Assembly (NCBI RefSeq): GCF_041248615.1
Contig: NZ_CP158426.1
Strand: one strand, 5' to 3'
From: Escherichia coli
Lineage (GTDB): Bacteria; Pseudomonadota; Gammaproteobacteria; Enterobacterales; Enterobacteriaceae
DNA: 64,000 nt
Shown here: positions 9,509 to 19,756 of the stretch, one piece after another
Layout of the letters: the number at the start of each line of letters is the position of its first letter
How positions within the stretch are numbered: the first letter of the stretch is position 1
Position numbers and translations under genes: made by a program
The notes under the pieces: model-generated
What the model was told of the DNA's origin: nothing
Database searches by the model: none
Seen by the model: the letters and a program-made list of their open reading frames with translations, nothing else

Positions 9509-12500
9509 TTAGTCATTTTGTTGACAGAAAACAGCAATCTCCTGGTCCAGCTCTGCAATGTGTTCTTTAACAGAGTTCAGCAGCTGAAGAATTTCAGGCT
9601 TACTGTCATCTGAAACAGGTGTTATTTCTAACTGATGGCTAATATTAATCAACTTTTGCAAATTCAGGATGTTAGCCGCACCGTGGATGCGATGAATACA
9701 CTGATGGAAAGTTCTGTTGTCGCCAGCTTCTAGTGCATGAAACGCAGCGGGTAGATCTTTATGCGTTTCATGCTGGAAAGTCATGAGAATCTCCTGCATC
9801 AGTTGTAGATCGTTCGCCGTATTATTTTTCAGGGCCTCGATATCAAGGTGGCGATACTGAGGTGCAATAGGCGCAACCTGGTGTAACTGACTTAAATGTG
9901 TTTTCATTACATCCAGGGTCAACGGTTTGAACAAACATAAGTTCATGCCGTAATTTAACCCTTTTTCACGTTCGTTAGCCTGTGCGTTGGCTGTAAGCCC
10001 CCAGATGGGTAAGGAAGAATTTTGCTCACGGAGTTTGCGAGTCAACTCAAAACCATCCATATTCGGCATATTAACGTCAGTAATAAGCAGATCATAATGT
10101 TGCATACTGACTTTGTGTAGCGCTTGCACACCATCAGTTGCTTCATCAACATCATATCCTAATAGGTTTAGCTGGCGTTTGAGTAATAGCCTGTTGGTCG
10201 GATGATCATCCGCGATTAATATGCTCAACTTTTCAGGGAGTGTCATGGGTTGTTCTGCTTTTGCCTCGACAGTCGCCACTTGTTGGGTAATTTCTACCGG
10301 GATTGTGATCGTAAATGTCGTTCCTATGCCTGGATGACTTTCTAATGACAAATCGCCCTGCATGTTTTTAATTAATTCTTTGCAGATCATTAAGCCTAAA
10401 CCAGAACCTGTTTGCTGACGACCTGCACTTGTTTGGCTATAGCGTTTAAACAGTTGTTGTTGTTCTTCCTGTGATAATCCACTTCCAGAATCCATAATCG
10501 TCATTTTGATTACAGCGTGGTTGTCATCAATGTTAACCAGGGAGGTCGTAATTTTTACTGCCCCCTCGGTGGTAAATTTGAGAGCATTGCTCAGTAAATT
10601 AGATAAGACCTGCTTAAACGCCTGAGGGTCGATCTTAACCAGGTAATGTTCAGGAAACGTACTGCTGCAACTTAATGCGATCGATTTGCTTGCAGCAATC
10701 GCACCGAAAGAGTGACAAGTGTTCTGGACTAAAGTAGGGATATCGACCCATTGTGGTTGAAGTTGATAGTTACCCGACTCAATTTTGTCGACATCAAGGA
10801 TTTCACCAATTAAGCCGAGGAGTGATTGTCCGGTGGCGTAGGCAAGTGAAATCGCCTCCACCCGTTGCTCCTTGCTAAGACCAGAACCCGACAGAAGTTC
10901 CAGGAAGCCCATAATGGAGCTTATTGGTGTTCTTATTTCGTGACTCATTGTTGCCAGAAACTGGCTTTTTGCGACAGTTGCATTGATCGCTTTATTTCTC
11001 TCTACTTCGAGTGCATGAATTAAATCACGCGTCTCGGTAATATCTTGCCAACCACAAATATAAACAGCATGATCGCTGGCTGGCAGATTGCATAATGTAT
11101 GCCAGTGATTAATGCATCTTTTCTCTATGCCATTATCAATTTCAAATACCTGTGTGTATATTGTTCGATTTTCTTTCGTTTCTGCTGTGACTTCATGCGC
11201 ATTAGAAAAAACATCTTTAAAGGGTGAGTCACTGTTTTCTAATGGTAACATTGCATTTTTGTAGTAATCCGCAGTGAAATAATGTTCAAAAGCACTATTA
11301 TGACTAATGACATTACCTTGCCAGTTTACAACATAAGTTGGATTCGGTAAGGAATCCGAGAGTGCTTTTCGGAATGATATTTGGTTTTCTAAATCACCCT
11401 GAATGACTTTACGACGACGAACTGAGCGTAACAGGTAGAATCCCCATAAAAGGCTACTGCCAACTAATAAAACGGATAATGTCGTGACAATATAAAATTG
11501 CTCGCTATAGAGGTCCCATGTGTCAATGGTCACATTGGGCATTTTAATCCATTTTTCCGTCAGGCGCAGAACTTCGCTTGGGGGAATTGCATTCAGAGCT
11601 TTATTAATAATATCCTTAAGTTCCGGTTCTCCGCGAGGAAAAGCGAACGAAAGCGATGCATTCTGAACGCCGGGAATAAGAAAATGATAAAGTTCATTAG
11701 GATAGTAATGGTCGATCATGTAACGTGAATTTAGCTGTGTCGCGACCAGAGCATCAAGTTCACCTTCCTTGACCTTGTGAAATGCAGCGCTGGCGTTATC
11801 GACTTTTATCCACTCTACCTCCGGATACATCTCTTTTAATTGCGAATGCAGCTCATAATAATATGGAATGGCAACTTTCATTCCTTTTTTTAATGTTTGT
11901 TCACTGTCAGGCGCTTTTTGCATGACAAAAACGTAAGGCGTTGTTATGAAGGCTTCAGCAAATAAAACATTATTTTCTCTATCTTCACTATAAATAGCAC
12001 CGGGTAATATATCCCATCCGCCGGGATTCAGCTGTGTTCCAGCATGGATATTGTGTGAAACGGTGATCGGAGAAAAATTTAAACCTGTTTGCAAGGTAAT
12101 AATATTAAGAATATCCCCCATAACGCCCCGAACCGAGCCATTTTCATCCGTCATAGAATAGGGAGGGGAGTAAGGATTTTCCAGCACCTTTAAATCGGGA
12201 TGCTGCTTAATCCACTGTTTTTCATGTTCAGTGAGTTCTAATGGTTTGTTCAGAAAGGCCAGGTTTCCTGTATCAAGCCAATTTTGTGATACTTCATAGC
12301 GAACTTCGTTTGTCAAAGCATCAACAAATCGATTGAGTACTTCATTAAGAACGACAGATTCTTTTCTGGTCAAGAAAAAATTATATTGACGCGGTGAGTT
12401 ATAATATTTCACTACATTTAAGGAGTGAGTGAAATAGCGGGAAATCATACTGCTGGTAATAATGTTACTACCAATAAAGTAATCATTCTGTCCGGCTGAG

Positions 12501-13102
12501 ACGGATGCTAATGCCTGATATAAATTTGTAAAAGAGATAATTGTTGCTTTTGGAAATGATTGATGAATTACCTCGTCTGGAGGGTAATTTGCTACCCGAG
12601 CAATATTTACTGGTTTTGATGAGGTAAGCGGTCTCATTGAATCGTGAAGGGTGGTGACGAGCGCCGGAAAGGTAATTATCAGCGGTTTGGTTGCAGCAAT
12701 GTCATCATTAAGAGGCGGCGAAGCAACTAAATGTGATAACACTATATCGACTTCCCCTTCTGTAAGCGCGTCCATTGCTTTTTGATGATCTGCGTATTCC
12801 CGGAGTGTTAATTTGATATTTAACGCTCTTTTTAAAAGATTTAAATAATCAGCATTAATACCACGAACCCGTTGCTGCGAATCGGTATGCAACAAAGTAG
12901 CCGTTTGGGACTTGTGTACTGCAATCACAAGATTTTTTTTGCTCGCTAACCAACGTAATTCCTTGTTGCTCAGACGTAGTGGATCAAGCGTGACACGGTT
13001 GTTACTACTGATGCCACGATATTCGATGTAATCTTCGTCTGCGAAACTTATGGTCGACCAAAGACCACAACAGAGAAGAATAATATAGGGTAAAAACTTC
13101 AT
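9509..13102 (-). CDS. evgS: hybrid sensor histidine kinase EvgS (1197 aa)
   Basis: 1197-aa ORF: two periplasmic solute-binding-like domains, TM segment, PAS, HisKA/HATPase (SHEIRTP), receiver and HPt domains. Confidence 0.95.
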   Translation of the reverse strand: MKFLPYIILLCCGLWSTISFADEDYIEYRGISSNNRVTLDPLRLSNKELRWLASKKNLVIAVHKSQTATLLHTDSQQRVRGINADYLNLLKRALNIKLTLREYADHQKAMDALTEGEVDIVLSHLVASPPLNDDIAATKPLIITFPALVTTLHDSMRPLTSSKPVNIARVANYPPDEVIHQSFPKATIISFTNLYQALASVSAGQNDYFIGSNIITSSMISRYFTHSLNVVKYYNSPRQYNFFLTRKESVVLNEVLNRFVDALTNEVRYEVSQNWLDTGNLAFLNKPLELTEHEKQWIKQHPDLKVLENPYSPPYSMTDENGSVRGVMGDILNIITLQTGLNFSPITVSHNIHAGTQLNPGGWDILPGAIYSEDRENNVLFAEAFITTPYVFVMQKAPDSEQTLKKGMKVAIPYYYELHSQLKEMYPEVEWIKVDNASAAFHKVKEGELDALVATQLNSRYMIDHYYPNELYHFLIPGVQNASLSFAFPRGEPELKDIINKALNAIPPSEVLRLTEKWIKMPNVTIDTWDLYSEQFYIVTTLSVLLVGSSLLWGFYLLRSVRRRKVIQGDLENQISFRKALSDSLPNPTYVVNWQGNVISHNSAFEHYFTADYYKNAMLPLENSDSPFKDVFSNAHEVTAETKENRTIYTQVFEIDNGIEKRCINHWHTLCNLPASDHAVYICGWQDITETRDLIHALEVERNKAINATVAKSQFLATMSHEIRTPISSIMGFLELLSGSGLSKEQRVEAISLAYATGQSLLGLIGEILDVDKIESGNYQLQPQWVDIPTLVQNTCHSFGAIAASKSIALSCSSTFPEHYLVKIDPQAFKQVLSNLLSNALKFTTEGAVKITTSLVNIDDNHAVIKMTIMDSGSGLSQEEQQQLFKRYSQTSAGRQQTGSGLGLMICKELIKNMQGDLSLESHPGIGTTFTITIPVEITQQVATVEAKAEQPMTLPEKLSILIADDHPTNRLLLKRQLNLLGYDVDEATDGVQALHKVSMQHYDLLITDVNMPNMDGFELTRKLREQNSSLPIWGLTANAQANEREKGLNYGMNLCLFKPLTLDVMKTHLSQLHQVAPIAPQYRHLDIEALKNNTANDLQLMQEILMTFQHETHKDLPAAFHALEAGDNRTFHQCIHRIHGAANILNLQKLINISHQLEITPVSDDSKPEILQLLNSVKEHIAELDQEIAVFCQQND

Positions 13103-13106
13103 GTGG

Positions 13107-13721
13107 TTAGCCGATTTTGTTACGTTGTGCGAATGTGTAAAGATCCATCAGTGATTTACATTCTAATTTTTCCATCAGGCGACTTTTATAAGTGCTGACA
13201 GTTTTGTTGCTGATGAACATTTTTTCCGCAATGTCATTATTATCCTTGCCATCAAGAATATATCGCATGACACTAATTTCTTGTTTCGATAAGGAGTCGA
13301 GTTTTTGCTGGTCGGACGTTAAACTTCCAACAAACCGGTTGAGAGAGAAGGGGAAATAGCAGTAGCCATTTTTTGCAGCTTCAATAGCCGCAATGATATT
13401 GTTCATGCCTTCTTTTTTACTCACGAATCCATTAGCGCCAGCATCAGCACAATGTTTCCCGTAAAAATGGTCATTTTTAGCGGAGACGATAATAATAATT
13501 CCGCTATATTGGCGCTTCCTCAGCGTTTCTAACACCTGGATACCGTTAACTCCGGGGATATCGACATCAATGATGACGATATCAGGTTTAAGTGTTTCCA
13601 CCCGCTGAACGGCACTTCCCCCTTCAGTCAACTCCGCTAAGATTTCAATATCGTTTTTGATCAATAAATTACGAATTGCTGCGATAGCAAGAGGATGGTC
13701 ATCAATAATTATTGCGTTCAT
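13107..13721 (-). CDS. evgA: NarL/LuxR-family response regulator EvgA (204 aa)
   Basis: 204-aa ORF MNAIIIDDHPLAIAAIRNLL with receiver domain and C-terminal LuxR helix-turn-helix; 4 bp upstream of evgS. Confidence 0.95.
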   Translation of the reverse strand: MNAIIIDDHPLAIAAIRNLLIKNDIEILAELTEGGSAVQRVETLKPDIVIIDVDIPGVNGIQVLETLRKRQYSGIIIIVSAKNDHFYGKHCADAGANGFVSKKEGMNNIIAAIEAAKNGYCYFPFSLNRFVGSLTSDQQKLDSLSKQEISVMRYILDGKDNNDIAEKMFISNKTVSTYKSRLMEKLECKSLMDLYTFAQRNKIG

Positions 13722-13945
13722 AGATTATTCCCTTTGCAATGAAGCATCTCCCTTCTCCCTGTAGTAATACAGACATAAGGCATCATCTCATTTTCTCAAT
13801 AAAAATAAGAAAATTTGAGCTTCCTTTAAGATAATTCGACAAGTATACCATATAAATAGTCGGCATAAATGAAATGTCAACAATAAAATCAGGGATTGTA
13901 CCGATGATTTATAGTTTCACATTAGCACTATAAGTCTTCTCACTA

Positions 13946-13963
13946 ATCCTACATGCGTAAGAA
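13946..13963. promoter_or_regulatory. EvgA box (18-bp inverted repeat) in the evgA-emrK divergent region
   Basis: ATCCTACATGCGTAAGAA, i.e. TTCTTACG-CA-TGTAGGAT on the other strand, fits the EvgA consensus TTCYTACA-N2-TGTARGAA as I recall it. Confidence 0.6.
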
Positions 13964-14136
13964 TTGTATTGCAAAAGCTACGGTTTAGTCCTCTGTTGTT
14001 TTTTTTGCACCTCATTTAAATTAGGCCTCCAACGTTCCTGGGACAATGTGCAACACATGCACTGTGTTTGATATGAAGAATGAATACTCTTTTCATTCAA
14101 TTCATAAATTTCATCTATGCGAAATGAGAGATAATA

Positions 14137-15300
14137 GTGGAACAGATTAATTCAAATAAAAAACATTCTAACAGAAGAAAATACTTTTCTTTATTGGCGG
14201 TAGTTTTATTTATTGCGTTTTCAGGTGCCTATGCCTATTGGTCAATGGAATTAGAAGACATGATTAGTACAGATGACGCCTATGTCACGGGGAATGCAGA
14301 TCCAATTTCTGCACAAGTTTCAGGCAGCGTCACTGTCGTTAATCATAAAGATACGAACTACGTTCGACAGGGTGACATTTTAGTCTCACTGGATAAGACT
14401 GATGCCACTATCGCACTCAATAAAGCTAAAAATAATCTGGCCAATATTGTTCGGCAAACGAATAAACTGTACTTACAGGATAAACAATACAGTGCCGAAG
14501 TCGCTTCAGCACGTATTCAGTATCAACAATCTTTAGAAGATTATAACCGTCGTGTACCTTTAGCGAAGCAGGGGGTTATTTCAAAAGAAACGCTGGAGCA
14601 TACCAAAGATACGTTAATAAGTAGCAAAGCGGCATTGAATGCTGCTATTCAGGCTTATAAAGCGAATAAAGCTTTAGTAATGAACACACCATTAAACCGT
14701 CAGCCACAAGTCGTTGAAGCGGCGGATGCAACCAAAGAAGCCTGGTTGGCGCTTAAACGTACGGATATTAAGAGTCCGGTTACCGGCTATATTGCCCAGC
14801 GAAGTGTTCAGGTCGGCGAAACAGTGAGTCCCGGACAATCGTTAATGGCTGTCGTACCGGCACGTCAAATGTGGGTTAATGCTAACTTTAAAGAAACACA
14901 ACTCACGGATGTACGGATTGGTCAATCGGTCAATATTATCAGCGATCTTTATGGTGAAAATGTTGTGTTTCATGGTCGGGTGACAGGGATCAATATGGGA
15001 ACCGGCAATGCGTTCTCCTTATTACCTGCACAAAATGCGACAGGGAACTGGATCAAAATCGTTCAGCGTGTACCGGTTGAAGTTTCTCTTGATCCAAAAG
15101 AACTCATGGAACATCCCTTACGTATTGGTTTATCGATGACAGCAACTATTGATACGAAGAACGAAGACATTGCCGAGATGCCTGAGCTGGCTTCAACCGT
15201 GACGTCCATGCCTGCTTATACCAGTAAGGCTTTAGTTATCGATACCAGTCCGATAGAAAAAGAAATTAGCAACATTATTTCGCATAATGGACAACTTTAA
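14137..15300 (+). CDS. emrK: multidrug efflux periplasmic adaptor EmrK (387 aa, GTG start)
   Basis: HlyD/EmrA-family ORF with N-terminal TM anchor; stop overlaps the emrY start (TAATG). Confidence 0.92.
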   Translation: MEQINSNKKHSNRRKYFSLLAVVLFIAFSGAYAYWSMELEDMISTDDAYVTGNADPISAQVSGSVTVVNHKDTNYVRQGDILVSLDKTDATIALNKAKNNLANIVRQTNKLYLQDKQYSAEVASARIQYQQSLEDYNRRVPLAKQGVISKETLEHTKDTLISSKAALNAAIQAYKANKALVMNTPLNRQPQVVEAADATKEAWLALKRTDIKSPVTGYIAQRSVQVGETVSPGQSLMAVVPARQMWVNANFKETQLTDVRIGQSVNIISDLYGENVVFHGRVTGINMGTGNAFSLLPAQNATGNWIKIVQRVPVEVSLDPKELMEHPLRIGLSMTATIDTKNEDIAEMPELASTVTSMPAYTSKALVIDTSPIEKEISNIISHNGQL

Positions 15301-16838
15301 TGGCAATCACTAAATCAACTCCGGCACCATTAACCGGTGGGACGTTATGGTGCGTCACTATTGCATTGTCATTAGCGACGTTTATGCAAATGTTGGATTC
15401 CACTATTTCTAACGTCGCAATACCGACAATATCTGGCTTTCTGGGAGCATCAACAGACGAAGGCACCTGGGTTATCACCTCGTTTGGCGTAGCAAATGCC
15501 ATTGCGATCCCTGTTACCGGCAGGCTGGCACAAAGAATAGGCGAATTAAGATTATTTTTACTTTCAGTCACTTTTTTTTCGCTGTCTTCCTTAATGTGTA
15601 GTTTATCGACCAATCTTGATGTGCTGATATTTTTTAGAGTCGTTCAGGGATTAATGGCGGGGCCGTTAATTCCACTGTCACAGAGTTTATTATTAAGGAA
15701 TTATCCACCAGAAAAAAGAACATTTGCTCTGGCATTATGGTCTATGACCGTGATTATCGCGCCGATATGTGGGCCGATATTGGGCGGTTATATTTGTGAT
15801 AACTTTAGCTGGGGTTGGATATTTTTAATCAATGTCCCTATGGGGATTATCGTCCTGACATTATGCTTAACCTTACTTAAAGGAAGAGAAACTGAGACTT
15901 CACCGGTCAAAATGAATCTACCAGGACTGACCCTGTTAGTGCTCGGTGTTGGTGGCTTGCAAATTATGCTCGATAAAGGGCGCGATCTGGATTGGTTCAA
16001 CTCGAGTACAATAATAATACTAACAGTAGTGTCAGTTATTTCTCTGATCTCTTTAGTCATTTGGGAGTCGACCTCAGAGAATCCGATTCTTGACCTCAGT
16101 TTGTTTAAGTCCCGTAATTTCACCATTGGTATTGTGAGTATCACATGCGCGTATTTATTTTACTCTGGGGCAATAGTCCTTATGCCGCAATTACTCCAGG
16201 AAACGATGGGGTATAATGCGATATGGGCCGGACTTGCCTATGCGCCCATCGGCATCATGCCGCTATTAATATCGCCTTTGATAGGACGTTATGGCAACAA
16301 AATTGATATGCGGTTGTTGGTGACATTTAGTTTTTTAATGTATGCGGTTTGCTATTACTGGCGTTCTGTGACATTTATGCCAACGATTGATTTTACAGGC
16401 ATCATTTTGCCACAGTTTTTCCAGGGATTCGCCGTCGCCTGTTTCTTTTTACCCTTAACAACGATTTCGTTTTCAGGTTTGCCAGATAATAAATTTGCCA
16501 ATGCCTCGAGTATGAGTAATTTTTTTCGTACCTTGTCAGGATCAGTTGGTACGTCGTTGACAATGACGCTGTGGGGACGACGCGAATCGTTACACCATAG
16601 TCAGTTGACAGCAACCATCGATCAATTTAACCCCGTGTTTAATTCATCGTCACAAATTATGGATAAATACTATGGTTCGCTTTCAGGGGTTCTTAATGAA
16701 ATTAATAATGAAATAACTCAGCAGTCACTTTCAATTTCTGCAAATGAGATTTTCCGTATGGCGGCTATTGCTTTTATCTTACTTACGGTTTTGGTTTGGT
16801 TTGCGAAACCGCCGTTTACAGCGAAAGGCGTTGGGTGA
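15300..16838 (+). CDS. emrY: MFS multidrug efflux pump EmrY (512 aa, 14 TM)
   Basis: 512-aa EmrB-like MFS transporter ORF. Confidence 0.93.
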   Translation: MAITKSTPAPLTGGTLWCVTIALSLATFMQMLDSTISNVAIPTISGFLGASTDEGTWVITSFGVANAIAIPVTGRLAQRIGELRLFLLSVTFFSLSSLMCSLSTNLDVLIFFRVVQGLMAGPLIPLSQSLLLRNYPPEKRTFALALWSMTVIIAPICGPILGGYICDNFSWGWIFLINVPMGIIVLTLCLTLLKGRETETSPVKMNLPGLTLLVLGVGGLQIMLDKGRDLDWFNSSTIIILTVVSVISLISLVIWESTSENPILDLSLFKSRNFTIGIVSITCAYLFYSGAIVLMPQLLQETMGYNAIWAGLAYAPIGIMPLLISPLIGRYGNKIDMRLLVTFSFLMYAVCYYWRSVTFMPTIDFTGIILPQFFQGFAVACFFLPLTTISFSGLPDNKFANASSMSNFFRTLSGSVGTSLTMTLWGRRESLHHSQLTATIDQFNPVFNSSSQIMDKYYGSLSGVLNEINNEITQQSLSISANEIFRMAAIAFILLTVLVWFAKPPFTAKGVG

Positions 16839-16890
16839 TGGTAAAAAGAGAGAGCTATAGCAGGTAAGACGGTAGAATCTTAAGTCTGCG

Positions 16891-16940
16891 CCATCGGCAG
16901 CATCGCTCACCCAGGGAAAGGATGGCGATGCTGCGTTGAA
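16891..16940. terminator. stem-loop between convergent emrY and dsdA
   Basis: cagcatcgc ... gcgatgctg inverted repeat flanked by ccatc/gatgg. Confidence 0.4.
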
Positions 16941-16943
16941 ACG

Positions 16944-18275
16944 TTATGAACGGCCTTTTGCCAGATATTGCTCCATCTCTTCTTCCGGCACCATTCCACC
17001 TCCCGTCGCCCACACCAGATGAGTGGCATTACGCAGTTGTTCTGCGCTGAAACCGTGCATCTGTTGGTAACTTACTGATGCGCACACGCGCTGAGGCCCG
17101 GCCATACCCGCCAGTGCCGAAGGTTCAAGACGAATACCTTCTTCCTGCGCCAGCCAGCCAAGCATGTCATACATGGTTTGATCGCTAAGGGTATAGAAGC
17201 CATCCAGTAGACGCTCCATTGCCCGCCCGACAAAGCCTGATGCGCGACCAACTGCAAGGCCATCCGCTGCGGTAAGGTTGTCGATACCAATATCCTGAAC
17301 AGAAATCTGATCGTGTAATCCTGTATGGACGCCTAGCAGCATACAAGGGGAGTGCGTTGGTTCGGCAAAAAAGCAGTGAACATGATCGCCAAATGCCAGT
17401 TTAAGCCCGAATGCGACGCCACCAGGACCACCGCCAACACCACACGGCAGATAGACAAACAGTGGGTTATCAGCATCGACAATACGACCTTGCTCGGCAA
17501 ATTGCGCTTTAAGACGCTGGCCTGCGACGGAATACCCAAGGAACAACGTGCGGGAATTCTCGTCATCAATAAAGAAACAGTTCGGGTCAGACTGCGCTAC
17601 TTTACGTCCTTCCTCGACGGCAACACCATAATCTTGCTCATATTCCACGACCGTAACGCCATGGCTGCGCAGTTTCGCTTTTTTCCATGCCCGGGCATCA
17701 GCAGACATATGTACTGTCACCTTAAAGCCAATGCGGGCGCTCATAATGCCGATTGATAACCCCAGATTTCCGGTTGAGCCCACAGCAATGCTGTATTGAC
17801 TAAAGAACTGTTTAAACTCCGGAGAAAGCAGTTTGCTGTAGTCATCTTCAATCGTCAGCAACCCCGCTTCCAGAGCCAGTTTTTCTGCATGTGCCAGGAC
17901 TTCATAAATCCCGCCGCGTGCTTTTATGGAGCCGGAAATGGGCAAATGGCTATCTTTTTTCAGTAGCAGTTGCCCGCTGATCGGTTGTTGATATTCCTTT
18001 TCCAGCCGTTTTTGCATAGCCGGAATGGCAACCAGTTCTGATTCAATAATCCCCCCAGTAGCAGCAGTTTCAGGAAATGCTTTTGCCAGATAGGGTGCAA
18101 AACGGGATAAGCGCGCATGGGCGTCCTGAACATCCTGTTCGGTCAGGCCAACATAAGGTAAACCTTCAGCCAATGAGGTCGTGCCAGGATTAAACCAGGT
18201 GGTTTCTTTAAGAGCAACCAGATCCTTTACCAACGGATACTGGGCGATGAGCGAGTTCATTTTAGCGTTTTCCAT
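16944..18275 (-). CDS. dsdA: D-serine ammonia-lyase (D-serine deaminase), PLP-dependent
   Basis: 443-aa [34 protein letters not shown] with PLP-lysine motif SGSIKARGG. Confidence 0.95.
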   Translation of the reverse strand: MENAKMNSLIAQYPLVKDLVALKETTWFNPGTTSLAEGLPYVGLTEQDVQDAHARLSRFAPYLAKAFPETAATGGIIESELVAIPAMQKRLEKEYQQPISGQLLLKKDSHLPISGSIKARGGIYEVLAHAEKLALEAGLLTIEDDYSKLLSPEFKQFFSQYSIAVGSTGNLGLSIGIMSARIGFKVTVHMSADARAWKKAKLRSHGVTVVEYEQDYGVAVEEGRKVAQSDPNCFFIDDENSRTLFLGYSVAGQRLKAQFAEQGRIVDADNPLFVYLPCGVGGGPGGVAFGLKLAFGDHVHCFFAEPTHSPCMLLGVHTGLHDQISVQDIGIDNLTAADGLAVGRASGFVGRAMERLLDGFYTLSDQTMYDMLGWLAQEEGIRLEPSALAGMAGPQRVCASVSYQQMHGFSAEQLRNATHLVWATGGGMVPEEEMEQYLAKGRS

Positions 18276-18292
18276 AGTACGTCTCTTTGCGC

Positions 18293-18520
18293 TTAGATGA
18301 TAAATGACAGCAGGAATGTGCCCGCCAGAGCGACGACTGAAGCGATAAATGTCGCGGTCGTATAGTATTTAAATGTTTCATTGAGCGTAGCGTCGCAATA
18401 TTGCTTCACCAGCCAGAAAAGCGAGTCCGTAACGATCGTGCAGCCAATCGCACCTGAACCGATAGCAATCGCAATAATTTCCGGGCTGATGTCGGGATAC
18501 AGCGGCAGCACAATGATCCA
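18293..18520 (-). pseudogene. dsdX: dsdX D-serine permease (GntP family), 3' fragment only (~72 codons)
   Basis: Minus-strand frame encodes a GntP-family C-terminal TM segment ...[59 protein letters not shown]; in-frame stop at 18524-18526, no upstream dsdX sequence, cscR begins ~230 bp further on. Confidence 0.8.
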
Positions 18521-18753
18521 TATTTATATTTTCTTCTCCAGATTGGCGATGCCAGTTGGCATGTTTTACCTACTTGCCTACATGGTTACTCGTTGGCGAG
18601 AACAGAGGCGGAATTGGGTACAATTGTCCGGGAATTATTGTTATTTTTTATTGTATTGCCGTGTCGGGTGATAGGGCGTCGAGAATATCGTTGGATCTCG
18701 CCAGTGACGTCTGTTTCTGCTACAGTGCCCGTTTTACGGCAAACGGCTTGGGT

Positions 18754-19749
18754 ATGGCTTCATTAAAGGATGTCGCACGCCTGGCGGGAGTGTCGATGAT
18801 GACAGTCTCCCGGGTGATGCATAATGCAGAATCTGTGCGTCCTGCAACGCGTGATCGCGTATTGCAGGCAATCCAGACCCTGAATTATGTTCCTGATCTT
18901 TCCGCCCGTAAGATGCGCGCTCAAGGACGTAAGCCGTCGACTCTCGCCGTGCTGGCGCAGGACACGGCCACCACTCCTTTCTCTGTTGATATTCTGCTTG
19001 CCATTGAGCAAACCGCCAGCGAGTTCGGCTGGAATAGTTTTTTAATCAATATTTTTTCTGAAGATGACGCTGCCCGCGCGGCACGTCAGCTGCTTGCCCA
19101 CCGTCCGGATGGCATTATCTATACAACAATGGGGCTGCGACATATCACGCTGCCTGAGTCTCTGTATGGTGAAAATATTGTATTGGCGAACTGTGTGGCG
19201 GATGACCCAGCGTTACCCAGTTATATCCCTGATGATTACACTGCACAATATGAATCAACACAGCATTTGCTCGCGGCGGGCTATCGTCAACCGTTATGCT
19301 TCTGGCTACCGGAAAGTGCGTTGGCAACAGGGTATCGTCGGCAGGGATTTGAGCAGGCCTGGCGTGATGCTGGACGAGATCTGGCTGAGGTGAAACAATT
19401 TCACATGGCAACAGGTGATGATCACTACACCGATCTCGCAAGTTTACTCAATGACCACTTCAAATCTGGCAAACCAGATTTTGATGTTCTGATATGTGGT
19501 AACGATCGCGCAGCCTTTGTCGCTTATCAGGTTCTCCTGGCGAAGGGGGTACGTATCCCGCAGGATGTCGCCGTAATGGGCTTTGATAATCTGGTTGGCG
19601 TCGGGCATCTGTTTTTACCGCCGCTGACCACAATTCAGCTTCCACATGACATTATCGGGCGGGAAGCTGCATTGCATATTATTGAAGGTCGTGAAGGGGG
19701 AAGAGTGACGCGGATCCCTTGCCCGCTGTTGATCCGTTGTTCCACCTGA
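18754..19749 (+). CDS. cscR: LacI-family sucrose operon repressor CscR (331 aa)
   Basis: Product begins MASLKDVARLAGVSMMTVSRVMHN (helix-turn-helix) at the internal ATG 18754, followed by a periplasmic-binding-protein-like sugar-binding domain; the longer upstream ORF start is rejected. Confidence 0.9.
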   Translation: MASLKDVARLAGVSMMTVSRVMHNAESVRPATRDRVLQAIQTLNYVPDLSARKMRAQGRKPSTLAVLAQDTATTPFSVDILLAIEQTASEFGWNSFLINIFSEDDAARAARQLLAHRPDGIIYTTMGLRHITLPESLYGENIVLANCVADDPALPSYIPDDYTAQYESTQHLLAAGYRQPLCFWLPESALATGYRRQGFEQAWRDAGRDLAEVKQFHMATGDDHYTDLASLLNDHFKSGKPDFDVLICGNDRAAFVAYQVLLAKGVRIPQDVAVMGFDNLVGVGHLFLPPLTTIQLPHDIIGREAALHIIEGREGGRVTRIPCPLLIRCST

Positions 19750-19756
19750 TATTATG

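Noticed and set aside
18556-18753. Longer cscR start (397 aa)
   Set aside because: The extension encodes Cys/Phe-rich non-protein-like sequence across the dsdX/csc junction; LacI-family proteins begin at the helix-turn-helix (MASLKDVARLAGVS).
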